A stretch of DNA of 62,912 nt, the filler included, from Collodictyon triciliatum (taxonomy: Eukaryota), in the NCBI GenBank assembly GCA_043381765.1. It is 8 parts of 8 records of this genome, joined end to end, with 100 filler letters (N's around TTAATTAATTAA, not from the genome) between each part and the next. Parts side by side here need not be neighbours in the genome. Positions count along the whole stretch, not along the records: positions 8,239 to 17,625 come from JBHJMP010003039.1; positions 17,726 to 27,104 come from JBHJMP010003040.1; positions 27,205 to 36,583 come from JBHJMP010003041.1; 5 more parts are not named here. One strand, written 5' to 3'. Position 1 is the first letter of the stretch. Every line of letters begins with the position of its first letter. Positions 13,627 through 27,650 of the stretch are shown here, in pieces. The notes under the pieces were generated by a model. It made no database searches, had not been told where the DNA came from, and worked only from the letters and a program-made list of their open reading frames with translations. The position numbers and the translations under genes are program-made.

Positions 13627-16491
13627 TCACGCTCCGAAACAGAAATCCAGGTGGTCTAAGAGGTTGAGAAGGAAAGGCCCACCATCGAGTATGAGAACAT
13701 GGGCCTTCTGTCCGATGTACGAGCTGAAATCCGATTCTGTCATGCAATACGCAATCTCAATGCTCCGGGTGTTTGTAGACTCCAGTGACTTTGACAGGTT
13801 TCTATCCATTTCCACGAGGACGGGGTCTATTGTGATTGAGCGTTGTATAAAGCTGAGTAAAATATAAATATTTGGATGGAATAAGACGAGTCCACATTAT
13901 TCTTGTTGGATATAGAATTATTATGCTGCCTAAAGTTTCTTTCCCCATGTGTATGTTTTAAGTACAAACGAGAGAAAGAACAACATAGAAATTCTATCTA
14001 CGTCAATTATTTTTCTTTTTCTGTACTGCAATCAAAAGTGGCGGCAAATAAGCATCGGTTACCGTCAATATTCCTTGCGTTGATTTTTGCAGAGTAATTA
14101 GGAACATATCCATCTTGAGGTGATGATACCAATACGACGTTGCGAAACCGGTCCAGTTCTTGTCAGGTTGATTTGATTAGTGGTGGGCTATATTTTGCAA
14201 AAGTATATGCGATGGCTTGATATGTGTGACTAACACGGCTATCAACGTGAATGGAATATACATAAAAGGATGATTTGTAGATTATAGCTAGCAAGATACC
14301 ACTATTCCGCGCCAGATCGACCAAATATGCTGGTTGCTCTGCACTTTCATCCTTCAATAACAGCTGCCTGAGGGAAACGTTCTGCTGAGAAGCGAGTCCC
14401 ATAAATAAAATTGCTAGATATAATGAAAAATAAGACTGAGTGATGATATTAAACTAAGGGAAATATAATTAAATATAAAAGAATTTATGCTTGTTTCGCT
14501 TTTTTTTTTTTTTGGAAATTAAGTGAAATAGGAAGAATCTTACAAGATGAAACAATAAACCGATTTAATCTTGTTGTGCCGAGATGTGGAGTGCAAAATG
14601 ATATGTAAGAATATACGTAGGGAAGAAAAGGCTGGAAGTTTGGAGTTCGAATGGCTGAACGAATTATGATTCCTCCTAGGGAAAATCCCACAAAACTACA
14701 CAAAGTGAAAAATTGAGTTTTACACTAATACATCAAAGATTAGAATGCGGGCGCACAGTATCTGGAAGCGTGCGACTCTTTCAGATAATTTAAATGGATC
14801 AGTTGAGAGGGATTCAAGAGAGACAAACCTTATTGAAGGACAGCCTCCTGTCCTTTGCTCAATTTTTTTTATTTCTTCGCATACTTCTATTGATAGTCTT
14901 TCGCCTTGCTTTCGGATGTCATCTTTCGTCCCACCCTCGTTTGACGTGGATATGTAATGAATATGCTCGGGATACAGAATAGTCATCGCACAGCGAATTG
15001 CTCTGCAATCATACGGGTTACCTACATACAGGCAATATCACTGAGCAATAAGCTCAACACGATATTCAACAAGCGATGCCTGCACAAGCAAAACTCATAT
15101 ATTACTCGCTGGATAGCAAGGCCCGCTAGATTATATTTATAAAAAAAAAAAAAAAACCTTCGTATCCGTGGACATAAATTACAATGTGATTCTTGGTCGT
15201 GCTCTCGGGTTGAATGACATTGTGGTAGCAATCTTCAAAGAAAATCGGACTGTTTGTGGACCCATGTTCGTGAATTTCGAATGCATCCTATGATTTTTAG
15301 CGGTTTTTTTCCCTTTAAGAAAGAGTTCAGTTGATGATAAACAAAGACAATAATAGGTGATATTCTAAATTATAGTTCGCTCACATGAGTGTCAAAATTT
15401 AGAGCTTTTCTTATGTGCTCAGCAAGGGAAATGTTTGAAATTTCATTCGTCGTTCTGGTTTAAAAAAAAGACTTTTTCAGATTTTAGGAATATTTAACAA
15501 TACTATAAATTAAGTGACAATTTTTACATTACTTAAGTTTAAAATTCTGTTGATAAATATACTAAAAATGAAAACCTCCTGGCAGAATCAGGCATGGGTT
15601 GCCTTGATGAGTGCTTTTCTTGGAATATTAATTTATTGAAGTCTTCTTTATTTTGGGTTCTCCATTGCTTTCGCAACATCTTCTTTATTTCTATGTAAAC
15701 ATCTGGGTACAGTTCCTTGAGATTTGCCCAGAGTTTACCGACCTAATGACACAATAATGCTCAAGCGGTGATGGCAAAAGAATGCCATTTAGGGAAAAGT
15801 TTGAGGAAAAGTGCATCAAACCTTTTCTAGGACACAATCAAGTACTTCTTTTTCAGATTCTCCTGTGTGCTCCCTCTCCTGTAAAATCGTTTGAATCTCA
15901 TTAGTTCTCGTAAAATTGTAAGGACCCATTATCTCTTCCAATATAGCATCGAATATTTGGCGCAAAACGTACGGTATATTGGCTAATAATTGTGAGAATC
16001 ATATAACGCTATTTTATTGTCGGACATCCGTTGTTGTTTTTTCTTTAAAAAAAAAAAAATAGAGAATTTTGGCCCGATGTATGAAATTTCGTACTTTCAA
16101 CAGGGATTTGACTATTTCTGAGGTATTCTCTTCAGACCAGACATTAACACTGCTGCTTTCTTGAGAGATTTGAATATTAATCCCGTCATGGTCTACCTCA
16201 GGCCCCTCTTTCAATTCAACTCGCCGGGTTAAAAGTTGAGGTGTGTACATCTTGCCTAATTTTGAAGTGAGAACATCTATTGGCAAATTCTCTGTTGAAA
16301 ACCGGATGATGTTGGTCAGCCTGGTAAAGGACCTTACAGCGAAGTATAGTGCTTGATTTATATCTTTATTCGACTCATATTCCTATTGTATTAGATAAAT
16401 GCATATCAACACTTGGGAATTATATTATTGATTTCGTTGATCATTTCCTCTTTTAATTTTCCAAAAGACTCTATTGAAAAGAAGGATGAAA

Positions 16492-16554
<63 letters not shown>

Positions 16555-17515
16555 AGACTGAAGGGCCTAAGAATTCTTTTAATATAGCCCACATACTGAT
16601 ACTGAATCTGATTGGCTGATTGTCAATTCAGTATGATCTTTTCTATGCTCTGTGTTCCGAGGGAAAAAACACCCCAGCCTGGCTGGAAAAAGACACACCC
16701 TTCTCAATATGGATTCGTCATGTCTGTGGTAGAATTAAATAATAGAATATTATATTATTTCAAGACACGTAGAAGTTCTGATAACTGAATAATGATATGA
16801 TTTCTATCTATTTCACTATGATTCTTACTGCTGGGTATGTTGGATTGGCGTAAACTTTTTCATCACGGTGTGAATCACAAGGTCGTAGGAAGAACTATCT
16901 ATTCCGTCCGAATATAACGGCCAATACAAATTGGTTCCCTGACCCATGTTGTTTAGTTGTATGCTTTTCTTTGAAAATGGCGCTTCTCTTGATAGACTAA
17001 AAATATAAAATTTTAGTTGTGGTATTGGATCTAAACTGCATTCTAAACCTTCCGAATATTTGAATATTTGAATATTTCATAAATATTTTCTGAGAACTGA
17101 TGGCCATATGATCAATTTGTTTATCTGTATATATGCTTGGCTATATCAGCGATGATAAGAGAAGGTACTCTGGCTCTTTAGAACGAACAAACTCGAAGTG
17201 GAGAATGACTGGCGTTCCTATTTCAATCTAATATATTATATTGATCAAACCAGTATGCAGATGAGTATAGACTGGTATTTGTAGATGCAGAAATTTCTTG
17301 TATTCTTTTACAGATGACTGTGACTTATATGACAAAACGAAACTTCAACGTTACGAATAACTATATAAAAATCACCTCAATTTCAAAATATACAAAATCT
17401 TGCATGTGATAGTTTTCTTTCTCGTATTCTATCCAAACTGCTGATGATAGTACAGTTTTCCCATCGAAGAGTATTTGTGCAAGCTGGGGCGGTTTCCCTT
17501 CTACATGGTCTCTTG
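13627..17515 (-). CDS. FAM135: FAM135/DUF676 alpha-beta hydrolase (putative serine esterase), 5' end cut
   Basis: HIVIYVHGYEG, STSNEGGTKDDIRKQGERLSIEV, SFVGFSLGGIIIRSA, YISFCTPHLG, FRNVVLVSSPQDGYVP, IGQKAHVLILD. Confidence 0.85.
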
Positions 17516-18828
17516 AGTTGTGATCTGTTGTTTGTTTGTTTGTTTGTTTGTTTGTTTGTTTGTTTGTTTGTTTGTTTGTTTGTTTGTTTGTTTGTTTGTT
17601 TGTTTGTTTGTTTGTTTGTTTGTTTNNNNNNNNNNNNNNNNNNNNNNNNNNNNNNNNNNNNNNNNNNNNTTAATTAATTAANNNNNNNNNNNNNNNNNNN
17701 NNNNNNNNNNNNNNNNNNNNNNNNNTTTATTTGGTATTTTATTTGGTATTTTATTTGGTATTTTATTTGGTATTTTATTTGGTATTTTATTTGGTATTTT
17801 ATTTGGTATTTTATTTGGTATTTTATTTGGTATTTTATTTCTTCACGGATACATGAAGTGACCAGTTGTTTCTCTATGATTCCTTGTCTCCTTCACATTG
17901 GGAATTGCCACAAAGGCCGAAGCGCTTGACAACGCGGCTCGATCGGCCTGGCGTGTGTTTGAAAAAATAGGGGTTTGGCTTCTCCTTTGCTGTGTTGTGT
18001 TTTATCCCGAAACGACCTTTTCATATGTGAAAGTGAGGCTCGAGAACAACAATTTGTGATTACTGTTTTGAAATCTCATTATTGCCTCATTCAGGATATC
18101 TTGATTGTCGACAGATTGGCAAGAGAACAGGGTTAGGACTATCAGCTAGAAGATTCATGAGTGTTCTATGCCATATACATGATTTTATAATAAATTCCAC
18201 AAATAAAACACAAAAGAGTGATATTCCCAATATGCCATATTTGGTCTCCATTTTCCACAACGGGCGAAGGACGCGAACTCATACCTATTCGAAGCACGAG
18301 AGCCTCTTGTTTTTGGAGGGCTTTGCAGCAATTTGCAGCAACCGCGACGAGCTTCGAGTTCTGCCAGGAAAACGATGGAGCGTAAAACCCTGTCTGATGT
18401 CCCACTATGCAAGCCGAGAACAATCAAATATCTTGCGTTTCCTACTTTGACACATACCTAGGTGTGTGGGTTGTGTGGGTTGTGCTCGCATCTGCGGATT
18501 TTTATTTGGTGGGAGTACAGAATTGACTCCGAGAGGTACTCTATTTCGTGCTCTGGAACTTAGATACTATGCAATAAATGCAAAGGAAGAAAAAAAAAAG
18601 GCTGTGTGATTTTGGACAGTTTTCAAGGGATATCAGCTCCATTTCAATCTACTCATATTGGTTCGACCAAGTGAGCGAACAACATCCCGCAATAAAGATA
18701 CAGCAACCCAGCGACAATTCACTACCAAGGTCGGACGCTTTGCGCACTATTACATTTGTGTGTTTATTAAAAATATTCTCGCAGATAAATCATGAAGTCT
18801 CTCACCCAACAGAAATAACTAATAAGCA

Positions 18829-19696
18829 GGAAATAAAATCGCCAAGGATAACAAAACAAGGCGAGACATAAGGCATGCTCATGGAAAGCGGTCCAGAGAA
18901 CAGGACAGAAGCTCCATATTTTTCAAGCTCCAAAGGGAGGAAGAGACAAAGAGCACAAAGATTCACCAGCGTTTGCGAATTCCAACCAATCATGAACGAA
19001 AAAAAGGAACGGGTATGTCTTTCTCGCCAGCACCTCATTCACGTACGCGTATACGGGCTTTGTAAGCTGCCAATAACGCCGAAGTGATTGAAAAAAATCA
19101 TGTACGAGGAAAACCCGGTTCTAGCTGAGTCCATTCCTGCCTCGATGGAGTGCCCAAGGAAGTCTGAGATTTGCAGACCTTCTCTAGACTTTGCCAACTG
19201 GCAGTTCATGAGCAACAGTAGCATTTCTCTTACATATCAGTATGGCAATTTCAGGAAGAAAAAATAGACCAGGAAAAGGTAACCAGAAAAAAAAAAAAAA
19301 AAAAAAGGAAAAAGACTGGTGTGTGGATTCGTGCGCAATGCGACGCCCTGAAACGAATAGTTTGTAGACAGCTGGTACATACCCTCAGCAAATTCTTTTC
19401 TTGACTTTCTTTGGAGCTCCATGATGCGCCAAAATCCAACCTCCCATCCATCCCACGCAGGTGTTTGCCTTTTTTATTTTTTTATCACGCATATATATTA
19501 TCACAATGCGCGAAGTGTTCATACATCTGAACTTAGCTCTCTGTTCTAATGCATGTTGTATGTTGTTTTATTTTGTTCCTCCCGACGTTTGCTAATCGTG
19601 CTGAATTATGCCGCAGTTCTTGGAAAAAGGGACCGATTTGGATGGAGTGACTCTGCTGCCAACAAAGCGTTTTCAGCACACCTTCTCCAGTTCTGA
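18829..19696 (+). CDS. Possible multi-exon hypothetical protein (3' part)
   Basis: Phase-compatible chain of GT-AG exons (about 18829-19012, 19115-19229, 19373-19460, 19617-19696) ending VLGKRDRFGWSDSAANKAFSAHLLQF*; no recognisable domain. Confidence 0.3.
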
Positions 19697-19709
19697 TGGA
19701 CGTTTGTGC

Positions 19710-21925
19710 TTAGATGGTGTGGACGGCAATCAGGCCATCCCATGAGCCACTCATCAGGTCGAATTTGGAACCAGACAGAATCCAAACCACCGAGCGGACA
19801 AAATCTGAGTGATACTGAATCTTTTCCCTGTATTGATGGTGGTGATGATGGTGGTGATGATGATGATGATGATGATGATGAAAGAGCCCGAAATGTATCA
19901 GTACAAAAAGTGTTTAATTGGGTGAGACGTGTAGGAAAATATACGTGGTTTCATCCGCCAGAGAAATGACCGAGACAATAAAGTCGTCACCGCCGCTCGC
20001 AATCTTGGAACCATCGGGGGAGAACGATATGCATCCAATAGAAAAGTCGTGTACAAACTGTGAAGTCCATGAACATTTCATGAAAAGTGATTCGAATAGT
20101 TCCGCATGAAAAATCGGGACCCAATCAAACGTTATATTTTTATGCGGTGCGGTTGAATACTAGATTGAATGGTGCTATGGCGGTGTTTCAAGACACTCAC
20201 AAATGTTTTAATTGTAGATGTTTCCCCTCCAACAGCGATTAAGCGCAGCTCGCCGTTTTCAAGACCTTCAACAAGAAAAGCAATGATTCTATCAATTATG
20301 TGAATCTGAGACAAGAAAGGATTTTCCTTTTTTTTTTTTCTAATATTACTTATTTATCAAACTTATCAAGAAACCTATCGCAATTTGAGTTGGGTTCACA
20401 GGATTCCAAGAGGACGCTGTGATTGGGCAGCCAGCATCATATATAAATACGAGGCCCGATTTTGTCACATCTGAAACCTTTAAATACCCATCCTATTATT
20501 TTACTTTGGTTATTATTGTATAGAATATCTCAATTTTTTCCTTCAGAAAGAAAAGGACCAGGAAGAACAGGACGGACAAAGTACATTTTCGACGCCACGA
20601 TATCCCGAAGAAAAATTGCGAATGATTTCAGGACAGAGACAAAGTTATCCTGTCTCCGAGAAATAATACACCCCACTTGAAAAATAAAAAGTTCAGATAA
20701 GTCACATCCTCCACTCAGACTCTCACCTGGCCGGTACTGAGAAATAAGTTTGCATCGGTCGGGTGCCACTGAACCTGAGTAACGTTTCCGATGTGAACTG
20801 CAGATACAACTCATCAACTCGATAGTAAAAGTAAAAGCAGATATATATCAACGTGATAATGTACTTAAGGAAAATAAATAAATAAATAAATAATGAAAAT
20901 AGTAAAGAAGCAAAAGAAATGAATAGAGCATCACCATTGCAAGCTTTTTGGACTCGAAAGCCGTTGGAAAAGTCCCACACTTTCACGCTGTATAGGTTAT
21001 AAAAGAAAAACATACGGCATCACGAATCGGTCACCAAAAATAGTCTTTATTTACAAGCATAAAAACAGCACAAATGCAACGACGAATCCAAATAGAAACA
21101 CAAATAAATCAAATAAATCAAATAAAATCAAATAAAAACAAATAAAAACAAATAAAAACAAATAAAAACAAATAAAAACAAATAAAAACAAATAAAAACA
21201 AATAAAAACAAATAAAAACAAATAAAAACAAACAAAAACAAACAAAAACAAATAAAAACAAATAAAAACAAATAAAAACAAATAAAAACAAATAAAAACA
21301 AATAAAAACAAATAAAAACAAATAAAAACAAATAAAAGTAAATAAAATGACGAAATAAATGATAACAAAAAAAAAACCCTCCGTCCGCGCCACCACTGAG
21401 CAGCAGCGCCCGTCGAGCAGGATGCGAATGCAGACACGAAACGGCCTCATCGTGAGCGACAATAGCCTTCTGGCCCGTTTCAACCTGCTCCACTCTCGCG
21501 TTTGCCTTTGCCGCTGCCTTTACCGCTGCCTTTGCCTTTCCTTTCGTGCTTGCTTTTGCAGTTGCCTCTTTGTGAGCCTCGTCCTTGTGCGTCTCGCCTA
21601 GGTGAGTTTCCGGCGCACGAATCAGATGCAGAAACCCGTCGTCTCCGCCCGCAGCTACAAAGAAGGCGGCCCCGCAACGAACCCACGCGAGACTCGTCAC
21701 GCCAGCCGGAATCGCCTCTTCAGAGGCCACCGCAAACTCGGCCTGCTTTGACTCCGAACTCGCGTTGGCCTCACTTGGCGGCGCAATGATGGCCACGCGT
21801 CCCGTCCAAAGCTGCCCGCTCAGCGGCGACGAGGCCACGGCAAAGCAGTTGTGATCTGTGTCCTCAGCGATCGCGTCGATGTGGCGTGCAGTTTGCAAAC
21901 TCAGTGTGTGGACGGTCCGGCTCAT
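19710..21925 (-). CDS. WDR77: Methylosome protein 50 (WD40), multi-exon
   Basis: N-terminus RHIDAIA...ASSPLSGQLWTGRV...AGVTSLAWV...GDDG...HDEAVSCL...GGVKVWD parallels MEP50 (ASSLSGRCWAGS, AGVADLTWV, HDDIVSTV); ends HSDFVRSVVW...SGSWDG. Confidence 0.85.
21120..21335. repeat. (AAATAAAAAC)n 10-bp tandem repeat in WDR77 intron 1
   Basis: About 21 near-perfect units. Confidence 0.92.
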
Positions 21926-22111
21926 TCTGGCTTTTGCACAGGGATTCTATTCTTCTTTTTTTTCTACTTTATTATTTTTTTTTAATTTTTTAATTTATTT
22001 TTTTTAGCTATTATTTGCTTGATTTGATTTGTGGTCTTCTGGTCGTGTGTCAGGATCGGCGAGGTTGATGTGTGTTTGTGAGCTTTTCTCTTGCGTGCAG
22101 CAGAAGGAGGA

Positions 22112-22453
22112 ATGAGTCCGAAGATCAAACGGGCGGCGGTTGTGGGCTTTTGTCAAGTGTGTCGCAGGAGCCATGAGATGGGGCGGAAGCATATATACAC
22201 GCCGAAGCACAAGGCAGAACTCGGGAGACGGCTGGATCGTGTGGGTTTTTATCTTCATTTAATCTATTTTTTTTATTTAATTTTTCTTCTATACATTTTT
22301 ATTTTTATTACTATATCATTATAATCATTATTATCATTATCATTTTATTTTTCTTCTAAATGTTATTATTATTATTATTATTATTAGTATTAGTATTAGT
22401 ATTCTTTTCTTCTATTTTTTTACCCTTTATTATTATTTTATTTTTCTTCTGTA

Positions 22454-22521
<68 letters not shown>

Positions 22522-25429
22522 GTATTGGCATTATTTTCTATATTTTTTTTCACCTTTTATTGTTATTTTGGGGCTCACAAGGAGTGTTTTAGGAGTCAGA
22601 AAAGATCAGAGAGGCCAAAGGTTGTGCAAGAAAGCCAAAGTTTGAGGTTGTTGGAGAGGCTTGTGGGAAGGAAAAGCAGTGGTGCTTGTTTTGTAGCACG
22701 GACATAACAAAGGTTGACGGGCAAAAGTTCTCTTGGTATGATATCATTTGTTCCCTTTTTATCCCTTTTATAACATCATTACATTACATTAAATATATAT
22801 TATGTTTTGTTATTTTTTTAAATGTTCATGCAATATTCATCGATTAATTTGTCAAGTCGCTAATTTTTTTGTTTGATTATTCTTTTTAAATAATTCTTAC
22901 CGCAGTTTTCTTACATAGCGAACACATAATCCGCCACATACACAGCAAAGAACACATACAAAATGTTCGCAAATTCGCACATGATTATGGCATGGAGGAA
23001 GAGAAGATGAATACTTATATCTTATCCGATGCAGACTTCATGAATGTATGTTTCTTTGTATGTTTCGCCTTCAATCTTGCTATTTCTTTTATCTCACATG
23101 AACCCAAAGTCAGAATTGAATGAATGGTCGCCAACTCTGCATTTTCCTCTGCCCCAAAACAGTTTCAAATCGTTAGTGGGAGAATGTGGAATGAGCACTT
23201 GGAGAAGTTAGAAAAGTCCGGCCCACTCGACATACAACCCAAAATACCTGAAAATCAGGTGAATAAAAAAGCGGTAAAAGAGTCCTCTGTATCCACACAC
23301 ATAATCTTTGCTAATGCATAATATATCTATTAACTTTCCGAGGTGAATACATTTTCGGTCATCTTTTCGATGGACATTTTCATGACGACGATTTTAAATT
23401 TATATCTTAAACATACCTGTTGAACTTGAACAACTGAAATAAAATTATGGGAAATATAACCAATTTTCTTGACTGAATGAGTTCATTACCGAATCGCCGA
23501 AACACCCGAAAATAATAGCTTGAACCGGGAAATGAAACGAACACTGTACCAACTCTACACAGTGACCAGCCAATCACCCGCAAAAAGAGTAATTATGCGC
23601 AAGATTCATTTCCTAACCATAAAAACCAACATCTGTACTGGTTTTTAATTGATTATCAAGTTACCAAAAAAGAAAGAAGAAAGGAAATTGTTTTTAATAA
23701 AAAAAAAAACTCTGTTTAAATCCTTTTTCTCTATCTAATATCGTCGTATGTTAGAGGGAAAAATGCTTGTTTTTGATACTACTAACACTAACGTGTCCAG
23801 AATGTCCTATCGAGGGTTATCACACCATGAAACTTTTCCTTTTTTTCCCTTTTTTTTCGCATTCAGCCTACAGAACCATCTCAAACCAGCATGGTGTTAG
23901 GCAGAATCCCACAGGCAAAGATGAAAATGGAGAGCGTGTTTGGGGCGGTGGCATCATAAAATACCGCAACTTGGATAATTGGATTTCTTGGCCGATTGAT
24001 AACGTAGAGTGAAAAAAAATTTACAAGAACGATTTGTACTGTATTTCATTCATTTTGTCAGACTAGAAAGAATTTTGTTTTTGATTTACAGAGTCTTTCA
24101 CTCTTTGAACTTTTTCATCACCCTGTGTTTTTACGAAACCAAGGATAATGAAGGAGATGATAACATCGCTCGCATGGGAAACTGGCATACAAGAAAGAGA
24201 GATTCAACAACCCCACAAGTAGAAGAGGAAAAAGACGATAACGAGGATGTTGACGATGAAGGAAATGCAAATGTGTACACAGTATCTGCGTCCGGAGGAG
24301 GTTGCTCAATTCGCTATTTTTGAAAGACAAAAAGAAAAAGAACCAATGGGAAAATCGAATATGCGCTTCAATTTTCCCATAGAGTCTAAACATAATGAAA
24401 TAATGATGTTATTTTACTCTATGTGTTACCTAAAATTTAAAGTGTCGAATGTTGAGGTGTAAATAAGTTGACAGCGATTAGTTCACGTATTTTTAGCAAA
24501 GATGCTGATACTGCCTCCAATATTTTCGATTCTTTTTAATTTATTTCATCCCTCATCTCTTTTACATGTGAAACCATGACGAAACCAAAGGTGTCACGTT
24601 TATTGCTCCCAAAAGACCTAGAGCGGGTGAAGGAAACATTCATACAGGCGCTGTTCCACCGTGGCTCATGTCAAGCAACGACGATGAAGACCAAAACCGC
24701 AAGATGGAAGAGAAAGATCAGGATGAAAACGCAGCCCAAGAAAAAGCATTCCCTACTTTGCGAAATGCTCAAGGGATGCCCATTCCTTTTGTTTTTCCAG
24801 AGCCACCAAAGAAACCCTCCGCCTCAGACAAAGACAATCAAGACCCAAACTGGTTGCCAAACTTTGGAAGGGTGTGGCAATCGGGAACACGCAGAGACAC
24901 TCAGAAGGAGTTTTCCAAAGAGCAACGACAAAGGAGGCAGCACAACGAAGCTGTAAAATCTGCAAATGAATTGCTCTCGGTAGCTCACTCTTCTCACTTT
25001 TCTATTCTCCCTTTGAATAGTCGCGATAATATATAATTTTCTCACGACACGCGGATTCATCGTCATGCATACTTCACAAGAATACCAAAGCCTTGCCATC
25101 CGCTACTCTATATTTGTGCTTGTGCTTGTGTCTCATTCAAATATTTACCATTTCCTGCGTGCATGTAGCGAAACGAATTGGAAGCATCGCATCTACAAGA
25201 ATCGTCTGCGAGCAATAGTTTGTCTCAGCACGGCGCAGCCATGACGTTCATATATCACAATCCAGTATATGTTTACCCACAAGAGAACAGCGAAGAAACT
25301 AAAAGTCGAGAAACTGATGCCGCATCCGCTCAGGAGGCACAGAGCCAAGAGTTGTCGAAAATCAATGAGTTGCTTAAGCGGAAAGAAGCTCTGAAGGCGA
25401 AACTTCTGAAGAGCCGAAAATTATCCTGA
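22112..25429 (+). CDS. CCDC84: CCDC84 / CENATAC minor-spliceosome factor, multi-exon
   Basis: Two zinc fingers (FCQVCRRSHEMGRKHIYTPKH; WCLFC...IIRHIHSKEH), GNIHTGAVPPWL and WLPNFGRVWQSGTRRDTQKEF are CCDC84 family motifs. Confidence 0.9.
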
Positions 25430-25913
25430 AAATATCTTTTTGGTCATGGCACATAAAGTAGCATGAAAAAAAAAAAACAACGTTAGAGATAATTTGTGAT
25501 TTGATGCATAAATTGAATCTTAATATGCAATCAATTAATCCTTTAGCTACCCGCTGTTTTAATACTGATTGCTACATCGACAGGATTTAAGCGGCTCTTC
25601 CTTTTCAAAGGATTAACCATGAATAGGTTTTTTTTTCCAATTTCGATTTTCTTCCTGAATATTTAAAGAAAAGAAAGAAAAGAAAGACCATCTTGTTGGT
25701 AATACTTCAGAAAATGGCGATTTGACAAGAATTCATGTCCAATCAAGAATGAATGTTCCCATAAAGCCTTGACGGCGTTCTGCAAGAACTTTAATATCCT
25801 TTTTTTTGTTTTGTTTTGTTTTGTTTTCATTCATTTTATTTTGCCATCTTTGATGGATTTTATCGTTGAAGAGATTCGTTATTATTGCATCATGATTAGA
25901 ATGCCGCTTTTGA

Positions 25914-27029
25914 TTATTCGTTGAGTTGTGAAATGTCCAATAACACAGCATAGTTCTTCATCGTTCCGTCCTCCTTCACCAACAGACCGGTCTCTTGGGT
26001 GAAATGCCCCTATCCCGTTTATGCACAAAGCGTCAACACAAACAGCAATAGTTTCGATTGATTCGCGACAATAGTTTTAAATAAAATCATTCAAGAAAAA
26101 GGAAAAGCAGAGAGAACCTGGTCCCACCATCCTTTCATCTCGTCGAATGAGAAAGGCCCGAAAATCTGTGATGCATCGCCAGACCATTTGTAAAGCCACT
26201 TCTTCCGACCTTTCGACGGGTTTTCTATAATGCAGGCATGGATGAATAGATGATGGTTTACTCTTGCATCTGCAGCATCATAATCCAATTAAGCGACAGA
26301 CACAAGGTAGCCAAAGACATACCAGACTCGACCAGCTTGAGAATAGCCTCACGATTCAGTTCGTAGATATCTGAAGATAAATAGTGAGCGTTCCCAGAAA
26401 CTTCAAAGATAGAGAAATCAACAATAAAAGAATAATCATAAAACTAAACATGTATGTATAAACATTCAATCTTTTTTTTTTAAAAAAAAAGAATAATGAA
26501 AACCATGTGCAAATACAAAGAATAAAGAATCCACAGATAGAACTCATAACGAAAATGCAGTATTTTGTGAATAAAACAGACTGTGTTTTCCGGCGTACAA
26601 AGCGCTATCAGCAGCTTCAGTGAGTTTTGCAAAGTGTGAGACTTGGGCCGTGGGCGAATCCGCTGCTGATTCAGTCTCGCTAGGCAGCGCTTTCGGCTCT
26701 CCAGCCTTCCTTCTGGGCCGGGTGGACGGCGGCGGCTTCAATCGCTTCAGTGCCTTCAGCACAGTTTCATTTTCCTGCAGAATCTCGGCTATGGCTTGCA
26801 AGTGTGCCTTGAGTGGAACATTCGGCTCGTCCTTCGTCTCGTTTGCCTGCATCGGCCTCTTGGATGCATCTTGTGTGTCTGCATCATCTTCATCCATTGC
26901 ACGGCCGCGGCGCTTCTTCTATGGTAAAAAAAAAAAAAATGGATATGACAGTCAACTTCATGAGTGGGCAAGGAATGCGTTTACAAAAAAGATACCAAAG
27001 AATTGCGGTATCGTCGGATACTCTGAGGA

Positions 27030-27030
<1 letters not shown>
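25914..27030 (-). CDS. CD2BP2: CD2BP2 / U5-52K / Lin1 (GYF domain), 5' end cut
   Basis: ILQENETVLKALKRL, LTEAADSAL...NIYELNRE, WLYKW...IFGPFSFDEMKGWWDQGHF (GYF fold, GHF variant). Confidence 0.88.
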
Positions 27031-27104
<74 letters not shown>

Positions 27105-27204
27105 NNNNNNNNNNNNNNNNNNNNNNNNNNNNNNNNNNNNNNNNNNNNTTAATTAATTAANNNNNNNNNNNNNNNNNNNNNNNNNNNNNNNNNNNNNNNN
27201 NNNN

Positions 27205-27302
27205 TAATCATAATCATAATCATAATCATAATCATAATCATAATCATAATCATAATCATAATCATAATCATAATCATAATCATAATCATAATCATAATCA
27301 TA
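27205..27302. repeat. (TAATCA)n microsatellite at scaffold end
   Basis: Perfect hexamer run. Confidence 0.92.
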
Positions 27303-27650
27303 AACATAATTGTAAAAGGAGAAAATAAATCGTAGGCATATTAAGGCCGAGTTCGTGAGAAACGATCGATGAAGCACCCCTCCAGATTTTCTCATACCTT
27401 CACGCTTTGGGCTGACATTCTCGATCTGCTCCTTCAAAAAAGCCTTCCTGTAAGGGTTTGGGACAAAACAGATGATTAGCTTCTGGGCAAAGGAACCCGC
27501 CCCAACGCAGTTGTTCTGATCCAACAAAAGTTCTCCAGCCATTATGGCCGGTCTCAGCGACAGTGACCCGGGATCCCCGCTCGACGAAGACGGAACAGAT
27601 CGCGCTGGAAAGCACAAAATAAAAATCTAGACAGTGGACATCGCAAAAGG

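Noticed and set aside
26960-26995. GTATCTTTT donor in CD2BP2 (and GTATCTTG in FAM135 near 14299) as U12-type introns
   Set aside because: Neither matches RTATCCTT, no TCCTTAAC branch site near the acceptor, and the FAM135 intron has a U2-like CTAAT.
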